Notes: generated from the letters alone by a model not told the origin. Counted from the whole stretch's first letter, positions 39,121 to 52,294 are shown. The stretch: DNA of 63,240 nt, filler included, from Octopus bimaculoides (GCF_001194135.2; 7 parts of 7 records of this genome joined end to end with filler, not necessarily neighbours in it), one strand, 5' to 3'. Numbers and translations are program-made.

Positions 39121-39394
39121 TCCTCAGTTGCTGTGATCTCCGCATCATATGATCACTTATATCAAAAATTTCGATACTTTGTTTTTGTGACAAAATTTCT
39201 GGCACAAGGGTTAATTATGCACAGTGATACGCAAAATTATATTCAGCGGAGCCAAATTACATTGTAAAATTGAAGGCAAAATGATTACAATACGTTTATG
39301 TATTGATGTGTGTTAATATTTTGAACTTAGAAGACTGTCGCGCATACATGCCACATGAGAAATGTTTGCATATTATGACCGTCTGTCGTTACTT

Positions 39395-39520
39395 TCTGAA
39401 CTCAAATTCTGCTGAGGTCGTCTTTACCTTTCGTCCTTTCGGGGTCGATACATTAAGTACCAGTTGTATACTGGGGTCGATCTAAACAACTGGTCCCCTC
39501 CACACAAAAATTTCAGGCCT
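39395..39520 (+). mobile_element. SINE family A, 5'-truncated
   Basis: CAAATTCTGCTGAGGTCGTCTTTACCTTTCGTCCTTTCGGGGTCGATACATTAAGTACCAG. Confidence 0.75.
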
Positions 39521-39705
39521 AGAAAAGTATATTGTAACAGTTACAGAGTATAGAAAGTAATGTAACACCAATGACTGTATAATCCAACCAAAATATCTCA
39601 GTTACACAGACGTAAATGGAATTACTATTTAACATTAAAAAACATCGTACATATTCAAAGAACCTTCTTAGTTTAGTGGTACGGAACGCTTTTTCTGGTA
39701 TTTGA

Positions 39706-39937
39706 TTCTTTTACTCATTTCAGTCATTTGACGGTGGCCATGCTGGAGCAGCACCCTTTAGTCGAAGAAATTGGCCCCTGGACTTATTCCTTGTAAGCCT
39801 GGTGCTTATTCTATCAGTCTCTTCTGCTGAACAGATAAATTACAGGGATGCAAACGCACCAACATCGGTTGTCAAGCAATGGTGGTGGTGGGACAAATAC
39901 AGACACAAACACACACATACATACATATGACGGGCTT
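39706..39937 (-). mobile_element. SINE family B 3' half
   Basis: Aligns to 1634-1868; ends GACGGGCTT just past the internal microsatellite. Confidence 0.8.
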
Positions 39938-40102
39938 GGAGGTAGTGGTGATGCTGGCTGATGCGATTTTGTGGTTTGCTGGTATGGCGAGAGAGATCAA
40001 GTGGGCCCCTAACTGGTTCCTTGATCTTAAAGGTGTAATGTGGATGTGTAATGATGAGCGGCTGGTGTGGTGGTGATGCTAACTGGTGCGGTGTGGTCTT
40101 CC

Positions 40103-40310
40103 TCACAGTACTTCATAGTAGACAACATTTTGTGTGTATGTTACACCATGTTTTTGGCCTTGTCTCTTATCCCAATTGAGTGTCATAACTCTTACTTTGA
40201 TGTTGTTCATAGCTCGTGCTTTTGCAAATGCGACATATAATTGGCCATGAGAAAATACCGGTTGAGACAAATGACTTGTTGACATTGACCTGTTGATGGT
40301 CGTAGTGTTG
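40103..40310 (-). mobile_element. Helitron RepHel PIF1-like helicase C-terminal fragment
   Basis: TTINRS...HLSQPVFSHGQLYVAFAKAR...TQNVVYYEVL* matches the MTINKSQG...PVFSHGQLYVA.SR...T.NVVY.EVL consensus. Confidence 0.9.
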
Positions 40311-40740
40311 ATGATCGACTACGACCATCAACAGGTCAATATCAGGACACCCAACCGATTAACACTCTGCTACTATCATAGCACTCCTTCTTCGAATCCA
40401 CAAGAGTTAACAAGTGAAACAGAGACAGGCAGAAACAAGAAAAATGCCTCTGTTATTTGAATACTACACAAATATGTCTTTAAAAAGACTTTTCTTTTAA
40501 ATTTACCAAAATTTAATTTTTCAATAATTTTTCAAAAATTTATTATTCATATTTACGGTTAAAAAGATCTCAAGGATCGAAACCGGTTCTGTAATGTTCT
40601 TTATAAAAGTATTTTAGCATTTTCTACTTTGTCTTTTTTCCATATATATATCTACTCATGTGTTCCATGTCTAGAAATGAAAGTATATGCATGAGAATAC
40701 ATACATAAAACAAAACATACAAATCTGCATGTATACATAC

Positions 40741-40802
<62 letters not shown>

Positions 40803-41084
40803 CTAGACATGCTCATCTATACTTGAATGATAAAATTCTGAGAAGTTTTACAGATTTTTAGAGTTCCAGTGATGACTGAGATCTGTAGTCTTTGAATCAG
40901 CTTTCTCCTTTCTGTCACATCATGTTGTATGTATGTATGCATGTATGTATGTATGTATGTGTGTGCATGTATGTATGTACATATGTATGTATGTATGTAC
41001 ATACGTATGTATGTATGTATTTAAAAATGTATGTATGTACATATGTATGTATGTATGTATGTATATCGCTACCTGAACTAAAGA

Positions 41085-41432
41085 AATTTAAGACAAGAAA
41101 GCAAGGTCTGGACTCTAAGGGCCTTAATGTTAATTTAGCAAAGACCAAAGTCTTAGTAAGAAGGAAAACAGACAAATCCCTTCAGAGAGATGGCTTTGCT
41201 CATTATATAGAAAAGGTGTTGGTAAAGACTCCATATAGTGTATCCAGTGCAAGCTTTGGACACATAAGAGGTGCAGTGATATTACAGGAAGGTTAACAGA
41301 GAAATTAGTCTTTGTGTTTAGCAGATGTAGCAGATACAATAAGAATGCACAGAGAATAGACACCCTCAAATTGCCAGTGTTGATCCTTAGTAGACAGCTT
41401 CCGTTACTTAGGCAGCCAAATTAACAGTGGAA
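41085..41432 (+). mobile_element. RTE LINE RT fragment (same family as 55637-56420)
   Basis: KQGLDSKGLNVNLAKTKVLV...GVGKDSI*CIQCKLWTHKRCS...LVDSFRYLGSQI. Confidence 0.8.
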
Positions 41433-42120
41433 GAAAAAATTATGGTGTCCCATAATCCTGTAATTCAAAAAGAGATAAATGGCATATGTATCAGATTAAA
41501 ATAAGTATTGGAATTGATATGAATAGCTAATTCCTTGCGAACAGTGCCCCAGCATGGCCAGTTCAATGACGAAAAGCAGTAAAAAGGCAAAAGAATAATT
41601 TTCAATGTAAACTTATTGCTGTCATGTTACATAATTGGTTAAATTACAATGGAAAGGAGCAACATTTTTTGCCATACTTTTGAAACAAGATCTTAATGAC
41701 TACATTGCAGGAAAAGTTACCTAGTTACTGTTTGTAGCAATTTTTGTAATAATTTAACAAGCCATAGCTCAGAGTTATCAAGGTAATTACAAACATTTTT
41801 GTAAGTATCAAAAGATTGTCATGAATTAGTTTAGTGGTCCTAATTTATCAATGTATTTCCTTTAATATTATTAAATAAATTGCTAAGTGCTCTATTTCAT
41901 TTAACTTATAACACCAATTCTCATAAACACACACAAATATATCCTGGACATTAAATATTTTAGATATTATATTTACTGATTTCTCTAAGTCAAATATCAG
42001 GTAAATTTTTTAATGGAAAGAATTATAGTTGAATTGATCTGAATATAATAGAGGACTTAAATTTTAAAAGATGGAAAGCAAGGTTTAAATCACTTCTGAT
42101 TTAATAATATGCCTAACTAG

Positions 42121-42691
42121 CAGCTCCATTGCATGACTTTTAGAGGGCCCCCTTGCAACTTTTTGTTTTGAGGCCCCATCCCTTCAATCAAAATTCATAA
42201 TCTATGCACCTTTTATTCCTAGCTATATTTTACTTTATTCTATCTGAAGTTCAATATTTCACATTATCCTAAAGAACATCTTTAAAAGTACAAGTTAAAT
42301 TCATTTAGGTCTATTACAAATTTCAATAAGTAAAACTTTCAGATATGAATAAAAGAGCACTTTTATAATCCAGGCAACTTTCAAAGACAAACAAGGTGCA
42401 CTTTTCACTTTGTGAAATCATCAATCAGTTCAAAATACTCAAGCTAAGAGAATAATCAAGCTGAAAATCTGGTACACGTTTGTGGTACAATGTAATACTT
42501 TTACAAGAACTTTTGCAGGTACAATGTATTACCATTTTATTTCTTGAAATTTTCAGTTAACATAGTTTAATTTTTGTTCAGCATCTTAACCAAAGTAAAT
42601 AAATCTGCATACTTTGATCACAACATGGAGCCTCTCAACTGCAGAGGCTCCCTGCAACTTTAGGGGTTGCAGGGACTTAGCGTCAGCCCTA
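42121..42691. mobile_element. Possible hAT-type MITE
   Basis: 8-bp direct repeat CTAACTAG at 42113-42120 and 42692-42699; GC-rich GGGCCCC subtermini; TIR match is poor. Confidence 0.35.
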
Positions 42692-42819
42692 CTAACTAGT
42701 TAAAACAAAGTCAAGTCCTTCAGTTGTGACCATCAGCACTACACTTGTTTCCACTATACTTTCTGACAGAAAACCTGATGTTCAAGACTATGTATATTTA
42801 ACAGTATTTAATTTTAGTA

Positions 42820-43036
42820 GGGCAGCAAGCTGGCAAAATCACTAGCACACAGGACAAAATGCTTAGCAGTATTTTGTTTGTCTTTATGTTCTGAGTTTGA
42901 ATTCTACCAAGGTTGACTTTGCCTTTCATCCTTTTGTGGGTCAATAAAATATGTACCAGTTAAATAATGAGGTCAATGTAATTGACTTACATCCTCCCTG
43001 AAAGTGCTGTCCTTGGTGTCAAATTCAAAGCCAATA
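42820..43036 (+). mobile_element. SINE family A, full length, CpG-depleted
   Basis: Aligns to 221-424 with consensus CpGs read as TG/CA. Confidence 0.75.
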
Positions 43037-43664
43037 TTTAATCTTATTCTTGTTGTGGCGTTCACATCAGTGATCTTTCTGTTTAACTTTCCATGTTTGA
43101 TTATCAAATGTACCAGTATCAACTCAACCAGCAACATTATTTCCTTTGGTTGGTACAGAAGATAGAGATGTAGACTACGCTGTTAATGGAGTCCAGTTCA
43201 GCTATCATATTGAATTCAAATGCAGCCTAATTTAACTTTATCTTCCATCCAATAAAGATGATAAAATAAATAGTATTAATACACTGGAAGGGTTAATCAT
43301 GTACAACTTGTCAAGAAAATAAAGCAGTTTTTAATTCTATATCTGAGTTTGTGAGAGAAATAATTTCAAACTACTGACATCATCATTCATGTTCTTGTTT
43401 CATAAGATTCAGATTAATATAATATCAAAGTGTCTATTGACTGGATTATGATATTTGATGCAGGTTGCCAACTTTCTTAACTCCTATACTTTGATATTCT
43501 GTATTAGAGAGCAATGTACTGAATTCCAGCCTATCCTAGGAAGATGTAGATGAATAAGAAGAGTTGTATCTTAAGAAATCTTTTTTATTACAGCCATCAG
43601 TGACTGGAGTTAGAGATGGGTTTTTCTACCCATTTTGGAACTACAAACTACTGGCACTCTGTCA

Positions 43665-43975
43665 GTTACAGCGATAAGCATTTCAGTTGATCTGATCAAT
43701 GTCACAGCCTGCTTGTAAAATTAATGTACATGTAGCTGAGCACTCCACAGACTTGTGTACCCTTAACATAGTTCTTAGGGAGATTCAGCATGACACACTG
43801 AATGTGACAAAGCTGGCCCTTTGAATTACAGGTACTACTAATTTTTGCCAGATGAGTGAACTATAGTAAGATGTAATAAAGTGTCTTGCTTGAGAGCAGA
43901 ATGCACTGCTGGGAATTGAACTCACAACTTTACAATCATGAACTGAATACCTCTAACTAGTAAGCCACATACATT
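43665..43975 (-). mobile_element. SINE family D, CpG-depleted
   Basis: Aligns to 9915-10231 and 11731-11890. Confidence 0.75.
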
Positions 43976-44946
43976 CACTCTGAAATTACTTATTGAATAC
44001 ATTACATTAGCAGTTCCCAGCATTTAATATATTTCACAAGATATATAATGTTCAAGAATACAATAAACCATAAATATAAGGATTTCAACATGATGTTTAC
44101 TGCAGAAATTAAATTTTTTAAAAATTTAAATATCAAAAAATATCAATACCAGTTATTGATTTGCCAGAATGAATCATGTTAAAATGTCAGTTACTGCCTT
44201 TGTAGATCAACACAAAATACAACATTTATACATATTTATGTTGTGGCACTTCGAGCTTACCTTATTTAAACATTATCCACTTTGTTAACTTATCCTGTAC
44301 TGCCAGACTAAAGGATGATACTTAGGTCACCTAGTCAAGGTAGAACTTAACATTATTTCTATTTCATATCTATTGAAATATGTATATCTAAGGTCTTGAA
44401 GCATTATTAGATGCTATGATATTGTTTAATCCCAGACTGGTCCTTAATAAACAGATCTATGATCAGACATTCATGCTGTAACCACCTCATCTTGATTAAA
44501 GAGTATATTCAGAACTATAATATCCAATGTATTCTTCTTTTTAAAGTAGTTGGGTGTTAAGGGATGTTTTGCTATTATCTCTAGCAGGGAAAATGACCAC
44601 AGAGTGGCTCTCAAATATAGTCTGTCTTTCTGGAGATACAGAATGATTGCATGTTCATATATAGATAATGATGTCAGTGCATAAATTCCTCACATTAGTG
44701 TGATAAGTAAAGTCAATGACTTGTTTTTCTGCATTCAAAGCTCCTGTTGTTACACAGCTATGTAGCATTAAATTTTGCCTACTTTCATTACTGAAAAGGT
44801 CACCTAAATAAGGTCTCTGTCTAAATAAAGCAACCCACTCCACAACATCCTGACAAATTCAAGTCAGCTAAATGCTCAGAGCTCTGCTAATTCTAAAGTG
44901 GGTGTTCTTGGTAGCAAATTTTCTTCAATCCTGACTTAATTCAAAC

Positions 44947-45112
44947 AGGCGTAGGAGTGGCTGTGTGGTAAGTAGCTTGCTTACCAACCACATAGTTCCA
45001 GGTTCAGTCCCACTGCGTTGCACCTTGGGCAAGTGTCTTCTACTGTAGCCTCGGGCCGACCAAAGCCTTGTGAGTGGATTTGGTAGATGGAAACTGAAAG
45101 AAGCCTGTCGTA

Positions 45113-45151
<39 letters not shown>

Positions 45152-45360
45152 TTGTGTATCTGTGCTTGTCCCCCCCAACATCGCTTGACAACTGATGCTG
45201 GTGTGTTTACATCTCTGTAACTTAGCGGTTCAGCAAAAGAGATTATTAGAATAAGTACTAGGCTTACAAAGAATAAGTCCTAGGGTCGATTTGCTCGACT
45301 AAAGGCAGTGCTCCAGCATGGCCACAGTCAAATGACTGAAACAAGTAAAAGAGTAAAGAG
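44947..45360 (+). mobile_element. SINE family B, full length (tRNA-like head, CORE-like CACCTTGGGCAAGTG, internal TA microsatellite, AAAGAG tail)
   Basis: Contains both halves seen separately elsewhere in the window. Confidence 0.9.
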
Positions 45361-45624
45361 TTAACTATGGTCTGGAAACCTGAAACATTTAGTACCCTTC
45401 TTAAATCAAGGTAGATTTATAAGCTGTACTTCTGCAGGTAAAACTATCATATACTCTGCTTACATTTCTTTAAATTCCACTCTTCAAAAGACAATAAAAT
45501 TTTCCTAAGTTGTTGATTGATGATAAAGAATGAAAGCAGAGGTATCCCATAGTCAACAATTGAATCAGCTGTTAATGTAGTGTTAATGTAACACTGACAG
45601 AGGTATGAAACACTATAGGCATGT

Positions 45625-45777
45625 ACTTACTTATTTAAGCCTTTAACTCCCCAGGGAGTATAGGCCATCAACAGCTTTTCTTCGCAGTTCTTGAGCTGTC
45701 TTTCCTGTTTCTCTCCAGCTGGAACCCTGCTTTTTCCACTGGGCAACTACTTCCACTCCTTCAGCCACCATATCCTG
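45625..45777 (-). mobile_element. RTE 3' end fragment
   Basis: Minus strand SSWRETGKTAQ..KAVDGLYSLGS* followed by an AAATAAGTAAGTA tail. Confidence 0.55.
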
Positions 45778-47056
45778 TAAGTTCACCGTCAACAATTCAC
45801 TGGTTTTTTTTTTGTTTTTCAGTAAAATAGTTTTTAATTATTATTGGTGAGGTACTACGGATATATTTTCTCAGTAAACTTTCCTTGTGGTGAAATTTCC
45901 TCATGGTGAAGTTTCTTCAGTGAATTGATGGTGAAGTTCACAGTGAAGTGATAATGGTGAACTTCCCTGTAATCTTCGACAACAGCGTCAAAAGGTTCGA
46001 AGCTCGCGTAGGTTGTAATTCACCTGCAAACGAAGCATTAAATTCTTTCTTACCAGATTATCAGCCTTATGAAATTCCTTTGCCCATGTTTTTTCTTCTG
46101 CAGCCATCCACATATCATTCAAGATCAACTACGTCAATCTTACCAGTTTTGAAGGCACAGCTCTTGCCTTTTGTCTCAGAAGGGATACAAAAGCCAAGGA
46201 TACAGCCCCCTTTATCCAGTCAAATTGTTCAAATAAAACAGAAAAAAAAAAACCCAAACACCTGCTACTATTCCTGTGAATTAATAAGCTGTATACTATA
46301 TCAAACTGAGCCCACAGCTCAAACATGTCTCACAGCTCAAACCTTATACTAAATATTTTATCCAATCATTTCTCTCCAGAATGGCAACCTCTACATGGAA
46401 TCACCTTCTCATAAGACATTAATTTACAGAAGTTGAAAAAAAGACATCATCTACATTCACATTAACAGTTTAGGAAAAACTGCAGATGTTCTCTGAACAT
46501 CATTTTTTCTCTTGCTCACACTATATAATAGTACTAACAAGAATTTCTTACAAAGGTACAAAGCAAAAAATTTTATAGGAGGACATAATTTGTCAACTAT
46601 ATTGACCCACGCCTTATCTAGTATTTTATTTCATTGCCCTCAGAAACATAGAAATGTGAAGTGTGTTGACACTGCTAACCCTTTGATGACTTAATTTCTG
46701 ATAGGTAAACAGTTTCAATAAATCTTTAGTGCCACTTTAGCATACAGTATACGTGGCCATTTAGCATGCTATCTGATGCTAATTCTAAACCATAGCTCTA
46801 ACATAACCCATAACAAGACATGCACACAATGTAAACAAAAGGAAAAACAAAAACGGATAAAGATTACATCAATTTTAATGCCGGATATTACACTCTGAAA
46901 AGCAAATGTGACATTCATTCCATGGAAGTACACAGAGTTCAGGCAGAGGTTGAAATTATATAACAGTTGTGCAATAAATTTTAAACACTTTGAAAAGCAA
47001 ATCTCACATTCATTACATGGAAATACACATGTACTATTCAAGAAGAGTGGTCCCGG

Positions 47057-47280
47057 TGTGCGCGTCCGCGCTAGCTAGTCGTGAGTAGTCGATCCTAAAC
47101 AAAGTAAATAAAACACAAAGTAATTTTTTTCTTGTTGAAGCTTCCCCATCTTATTCTTAAAATGTCGTTTTACGTTCTTCCAGGGTGTATTTTGGTGTCA
47201 CATCTATTTCTGCGCATCATGCGTACTCGCACTAGGTAGTCGTAGGATCGACTAGTCACGACTCTCTAGCGCGGATACAC
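47057..47280. repeat. CpG-rich imperfect inverted-repeat element
   Basis: TCCGCGCTAGCTAGTCGTGAGTAGTCGATCCTA versus TAGGATCGACTAGTCACGACTCTCTAGCGCGGA; flanked by direct repeat CAGAGGTTGAAATTAT at 46944-46959 and 47289-47304. Confidence 0.8.
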
Positions 47281-47616
47281 AGTTTAGACAGAGGTTGAAA
47301 TTATGTAAGTCGTGCAGGTGTGCTACAAATTTCAAAGCAAGTTTCGTTGAAAGATACAAACAGTGATTGAATCAATAATTTTTTTTTTTTTTTGTAGTCT
47401 AGGCACAAATTACGAAATTTTGGAGGAGGGGGCCAGTCGATGAGGGGTGTATTTTGATCAGAAATATAGTAACGAAAGGGTTAATAATCATTTGAGAAAT
47501 TTCTAATGCTTGCCAGCAATTTCTCCCAAAGGTCACTTTTTTCATGTCTGCGCCGCCACATGAATTCGCAGAGATACGAGTCAATTATAGAACGGTGTCT
47601 ACCACACCGTCGCTTG

Positions 47617-47908
47617 TTACCCCGTTTCAAACACACCCAAGTACTTGGGTGTGTGTGTTATCAACGGGGTTAAACTCGACAATTCACTTCGGATATCATC
47701 GTGATCTCCGTGACAGCTGCTAAGATGGGAGGAGAAGAAAGCTAATGGGTTGTGTGTGCGTGCTTGTTTTTGTCTGTGTGTGTGTGTGCGTGTTCTTGAC
47801 TGTGTGTGTGTGTGCGTGTATGCGTGCTTGTTCTTGCCTCTGTGTGCGTGCGTGCTTGTTCTTGTCTGTGTGTGTGTACGCACACACACAGAGACAAGAA
47901 CAAGCACG

Positions 47909-47941
<33 letters not shown>

Positions 47942-48042
47942 AAGAACAAGCAAGCATGCACGCACACACAACCCATTCGCTTTCTTCTCCTCCTCCCATT
48001 TCAGCAACTGTCACGAAAATATCCGCAGTGATTTGTCGAGTT
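47617..48042. repeat. Fold-back region: 24-bp perfect palindrome (47631-47654) inside a small hairpin, then a ~370-bp fold-back (47673-48042)
   Basis: ACACACCCAAGTACTTGGGTGTGT; arms AACTCGACAA..CGGATAT..GTGACAG..GATGGGAGGAGAAGAAAGC.AATGGGTTGTGTGTGCGTGC and their reverse complement; axis near 47879. Confidence 0.88.
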
Positions 48043-48855
48043 GTCACAGAAACAATCGACTGTGTGTTTTGGTTTTGTCGAGTTAAAAGTTAAGTGGTAA
48101 TCTTCAAGTTTAAAGAGGTAAAAAAAAGTAAATAAAAATACAAGGGAAATAACTTAACGTCTTACTAGTATTATCCGTACTACTCTGAAATGTTTTTTTT
48201 TTTAGCTGTTTATAAATAAATCACACACGTGATTGAATATCATAGTACCGGCTGAGAGATCGAAAATGCCTCGTGGAAGACTGGCTGGGTTCAGATGGAC
48301 TATATGTAATCTGAACCTTTCCCCCCTTNNNNNNNNNNNNNNNNNNNNNNNNNNNNNNNNNNNNNNNNNNNNTTAATTAATTAANNNNNNNNNNNNNNNN
48401 NNNNNNNNNNNNNNNNNNNNNNNNNNNNTATATATATATATATGTATGTATATATACATACATATATATGTACACATATATACATGCATACGTACACACA
48501 CTCAAACACATGTAAAAAAACACACACATATGCCCACATATACACACATCCCCCACACACAGATATATAGTTTTCATGGCAGTTTGCTGATGAGTTTATT
48601 AATATCAATCAATAAGGAAACGATTAGTCAGAATTAGTGAAAGTATTGTTACATGGAGCCGGGCATTTTTGGGGTTCAACTAAAGAAATAAAGCGAGAAA
48701 CTGTTTAACACTTTAGTCCTTATTTCACTCATATACGTATGTGTGCGCGTGTTCTGTGGGTCATATATATATATATATACCAATAGATATATATATACAT
48801 ATATGTATATAAATGCATATGCAGAAATACATATATATATACATATATATGCCTA

Positions 48856-48894
<39 letters not shown>

Positions 48895-49795
48895 AATATA
48901 TATATACATGAACATGTACACATATAATGTTTTCCGCACTTATATCGATATATTTTTTGTTTACATTTATCTATCTNNNNNNNNNNNNNNNNNNNNNNNN
49001 NNNNNNNNNNNNNNNNNNNNNNNNNNNNNNNNNNNNNNNNNNNNNNNNNNNNNNNNNNNNNNNNNNNNNNNNNNNNNNNNNNNNNNNNNNNNNNNNNNNN
49101 NNNNNNNNNNNNNNNNNNNNNNNNNNNNNNNNNNNNNNNNNNNNNNNNNNNNNNNNNNNNNNNNNNNNNNNNNNNNNNNNNNNNNNNNNNNNNNNNNNNN
49201 NNNNNNNNNNNNNNNNNNNNNNNNNNNNNNNNNNNNNNNNNNNNNNNNNNNNNNNNNNNNNNNNNNNNNNNNNNNNNNNNNNNNNNNNNNNNNNNNNNNN
49301 NNNNNNNNNNNNNNNNNNNNNNNNNNNNNNNNNNNNNNNNNNNNNNNNNNNNNNNNNNNNNNNNNNNNNNNNNNNNNNNNNNNNNNNNNNNNNNNNNNNN
49401 NNNNNNNNNNNNNNNNNNNNNNNNNNNNNNNNNNNNNNNNNNNNNNNNNNNNNNNNNNNNNNNNNNNNNNNNNNNNNNNNNNNNNNNNNNNNNNNNNNNN
49501 NNNNNNNNNNNNNNNNNNNNNNNNNNNNNNNNNNNNNNNNNNNNNNNNNNNNNNNNNNNNNNNNNNNNNNNNNNNNNNNNNNNNNNNNNNNNNNNNNNNN
49601 NNNNNNNNNNNNNNNNNNNNNNNNNNNNNNNNNNNNNNNNNNNNNNNNNNNNNNNNNNNNNNNNNNNNNNNNNNNNNNNNNNNNNNNNNNNNNNNNNNNN
49701 NNNNNNNNNNNNNNNNNNNNNNNNNNNNNNNNNNNNNNNNNNNNNNNNNNNNNNNNNNNNNNNNNNNNNNNNNNNNNNNNNNNNNNNNNNNNNNN

Positions 49796-49855
<60 letters not shown>

Positions 49856-49880
49856 TGTATGTATGTATCTATCTATCGAC

Positions 49881-49923
<43 letters not shown>

Positions 49924-50122
49924 GATGAAACGCCAGTGTTGAATGGTGGCAGCTGAGGAAGTAAATTTTCTCTACGTGGCCTGTGTGTTTTGTGTACTTC
50001 TTTATCATTTTGTCTACATTTTGTTTGCAATGTCCTCTAGCCAGATATGCATCTATATTTAAAGGTGAATGTAAGTATGTACATACATGTATGTATATAT
50101 ACATATACCCATTTATCATTTG

Positions 50123-50165
<43 letters not shown>

Positions 50166-51116
50166 GCATACAGAAGACAAAATATCAACGCACACACGCA
50201 CACACACGCTCGCGTGCGCACATGCACTCCGCACGCACACTCTTATATACGGGTATTTATATGTTTATGTTTGTGTGTGTATGTTTGTATGCATTCTATG
50301 TATGCATATAAACACTCTTATGTGCGTCTATGCATCAATATATATGCATATATATATATATATATATATATGTTAGACACACACATATGTATATATACAC
50401 ATCTATATTAATGTATGTACTATATCTATGCATTGTTTTATGCAAGTTAATAAATATATTACTTTAAGTATGCATACATTCATCAGTATACACTTATACA
50501 AACAGAGACATACATTAATACATATATATCTACATATGTATATATATTTGAAGGTTTAGATATATGTAAATGAATATACNNNNNNNNNNNNNNNNNNNNN
50601 NNNNNNNNNNNNNNNNNNNNNNNTTAATTAATTAANNNNNNNNNNNNNNNNNNNNNNNNNNNNNNNNNNNNNNNNNNNNGAAAACGGACGTTAAACGATG
50701 ATGAAGATGATGATGATATGGTGGAGAAGGGGACAGTTTGAGTTAAAAACTAAATTTCAGGTGGTTTTTTTCCTTCTTTTTCAAAATATTTAACTTTTTT
50801 GGCGGGGGTTCTACAAATAACAGTTCATTTAACTCTTTTTATTTTTATTTTATTTTTTTTTTGCCATATTTCTGTTGAAATAGGGTACCCATGTTTCAAT
50901 TAATTTTTAAGATAATGAAGAATTTAGTAAAATAACTTCATTATTAATCTAATGTTTGAAACATAGATTAATAAGAAATTTCAAGAGAAGGTTTGATTTT
51001 AAATCACTTTATAAAAGGGAATTTATATCATGGCATCAAAAGTCTACTACTTCACCAATTAATCAAAGGTAATATGTGTTTCATTCAAGAGAACTTATCA
51101 ATGCATATGTTGTTAC

Positions 51117-51261
51117 CTGGAGATCAGAAAAGCAGTAGCTTTCATATTCTCTGCACATAGACATGGCTAGTCGAAGGTTTGAGTTCATTTTTTGCCATAG
51201 AAACCATTGTGTGATGAATCTTTTACATATTTCCAATGCTAATAACCAATTAATTAAAAGC
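51117..51261 (-). CDS. Candidate coding exon of an unidentified gene
   Basis: Pyrimidine-rich acceptor CTTTCTGTTTTCCTTGCAAG|, donor CAG|GTAACA, open frame LLINWLLALEICKRFITQWFLWQKMNSNLRLAMSMCREYESYCFSDLQ. Confidence 0.35.
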
Positions 51262-51894
51262 CTTGCAAGGAAAACAGAAAGCAGCATCTCTAATGACCAA
51301 ATATTCAATTCATTTGTGCATCATATCATCTTTTTCAGTGAACAATTATTTTATCTTGGAAATTGGACAAACAGATAACTTTTGGATTTGAGATTAAATT
51401 CCAGGTAGAGTTGTGAAGTTTTGTTTGGAATTTTATTTTATCATCATGCATAATAGTTTATGCCGAATATCATGGCACCACTACTTGAATTTGAAATATC
51501 TTTTCATCTTTCTGTTGCAACATTATCCAAATTATCAGTTTAAATTCATAAATACTTTTGTTGGTTTCTGTTAAATAAATGATTAAGTCTATACAAATAA
51601 ATAATGTTCAATGAATTTTTATTGTTTTACAGATTATAGCACTTAATTCATTATTCAATTAAAAAAATAACAATGGAAGAAATATTGTTGATTATAAATA
51701 GAAAATGTATGTATCCTTTTCTTCCTGGAGAGAAATAAATTACAGACAGCAGATGTGTGTGTTGTAATTTCTTTTCAACTATTAAAGAATGTTTGACTTG
51801 TTTTAGTGCTGTTTTAATAATAAGGGATGTCTATTGTCTTTTAACCCTTTTGATTCCAACCTGCCAGAGACCACCCTTTGTTCTGTGATACAAA

Positions 51895-52215
51895 CATCAA
51901 GGCTGTGTTGCAAGAAGCTTGCTTCCCAAAACCATGATTTTGAGTTCAGTCTCACTATGTGGCACCTTGAGCAAGTGTTTTCTACTATAGTACCAGGTTG
52001 ACCAAAGCCGTGAGTGGATTTGTTTAACGGAAACTGAAAGAAGTCCATCAAAAAGACATACATGTATGTATGTCTATATCTATGTGTGTGTCTCTTTGTG
52101 TTTCTTCCAAGCAACTGCTTGACAACTGATGTTGGTTTGTTTATGTCCCTGTAACAAAAAGAGACCAATAAAATAAGTTCCAGGCATTTAATACATAAAC
52201 ACTGGGGTCAATTTG
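51895..52215 (+). mobile_element. SINE family B, degenerate near-full copy
   Basis: GGCTGTGTTGCAAGAAGCTTGCTTCCC...GGAAACTGAAAGAAG...GCTTGACAACTGATG. Confidence 0.7.
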
Positions 52216-52294
52216 CTCAACTAAACATTTTAATTTGTTGTTTCAGTAGGGCTTCATTCTAATGAAAGATCTATCAAAATTTCATGTTAATTTA

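Noticed and set aside
44947-45030. tRNA-like heads as tRNA genes
   Set aside because: No complete cloverleaf; each continues into a SINE body
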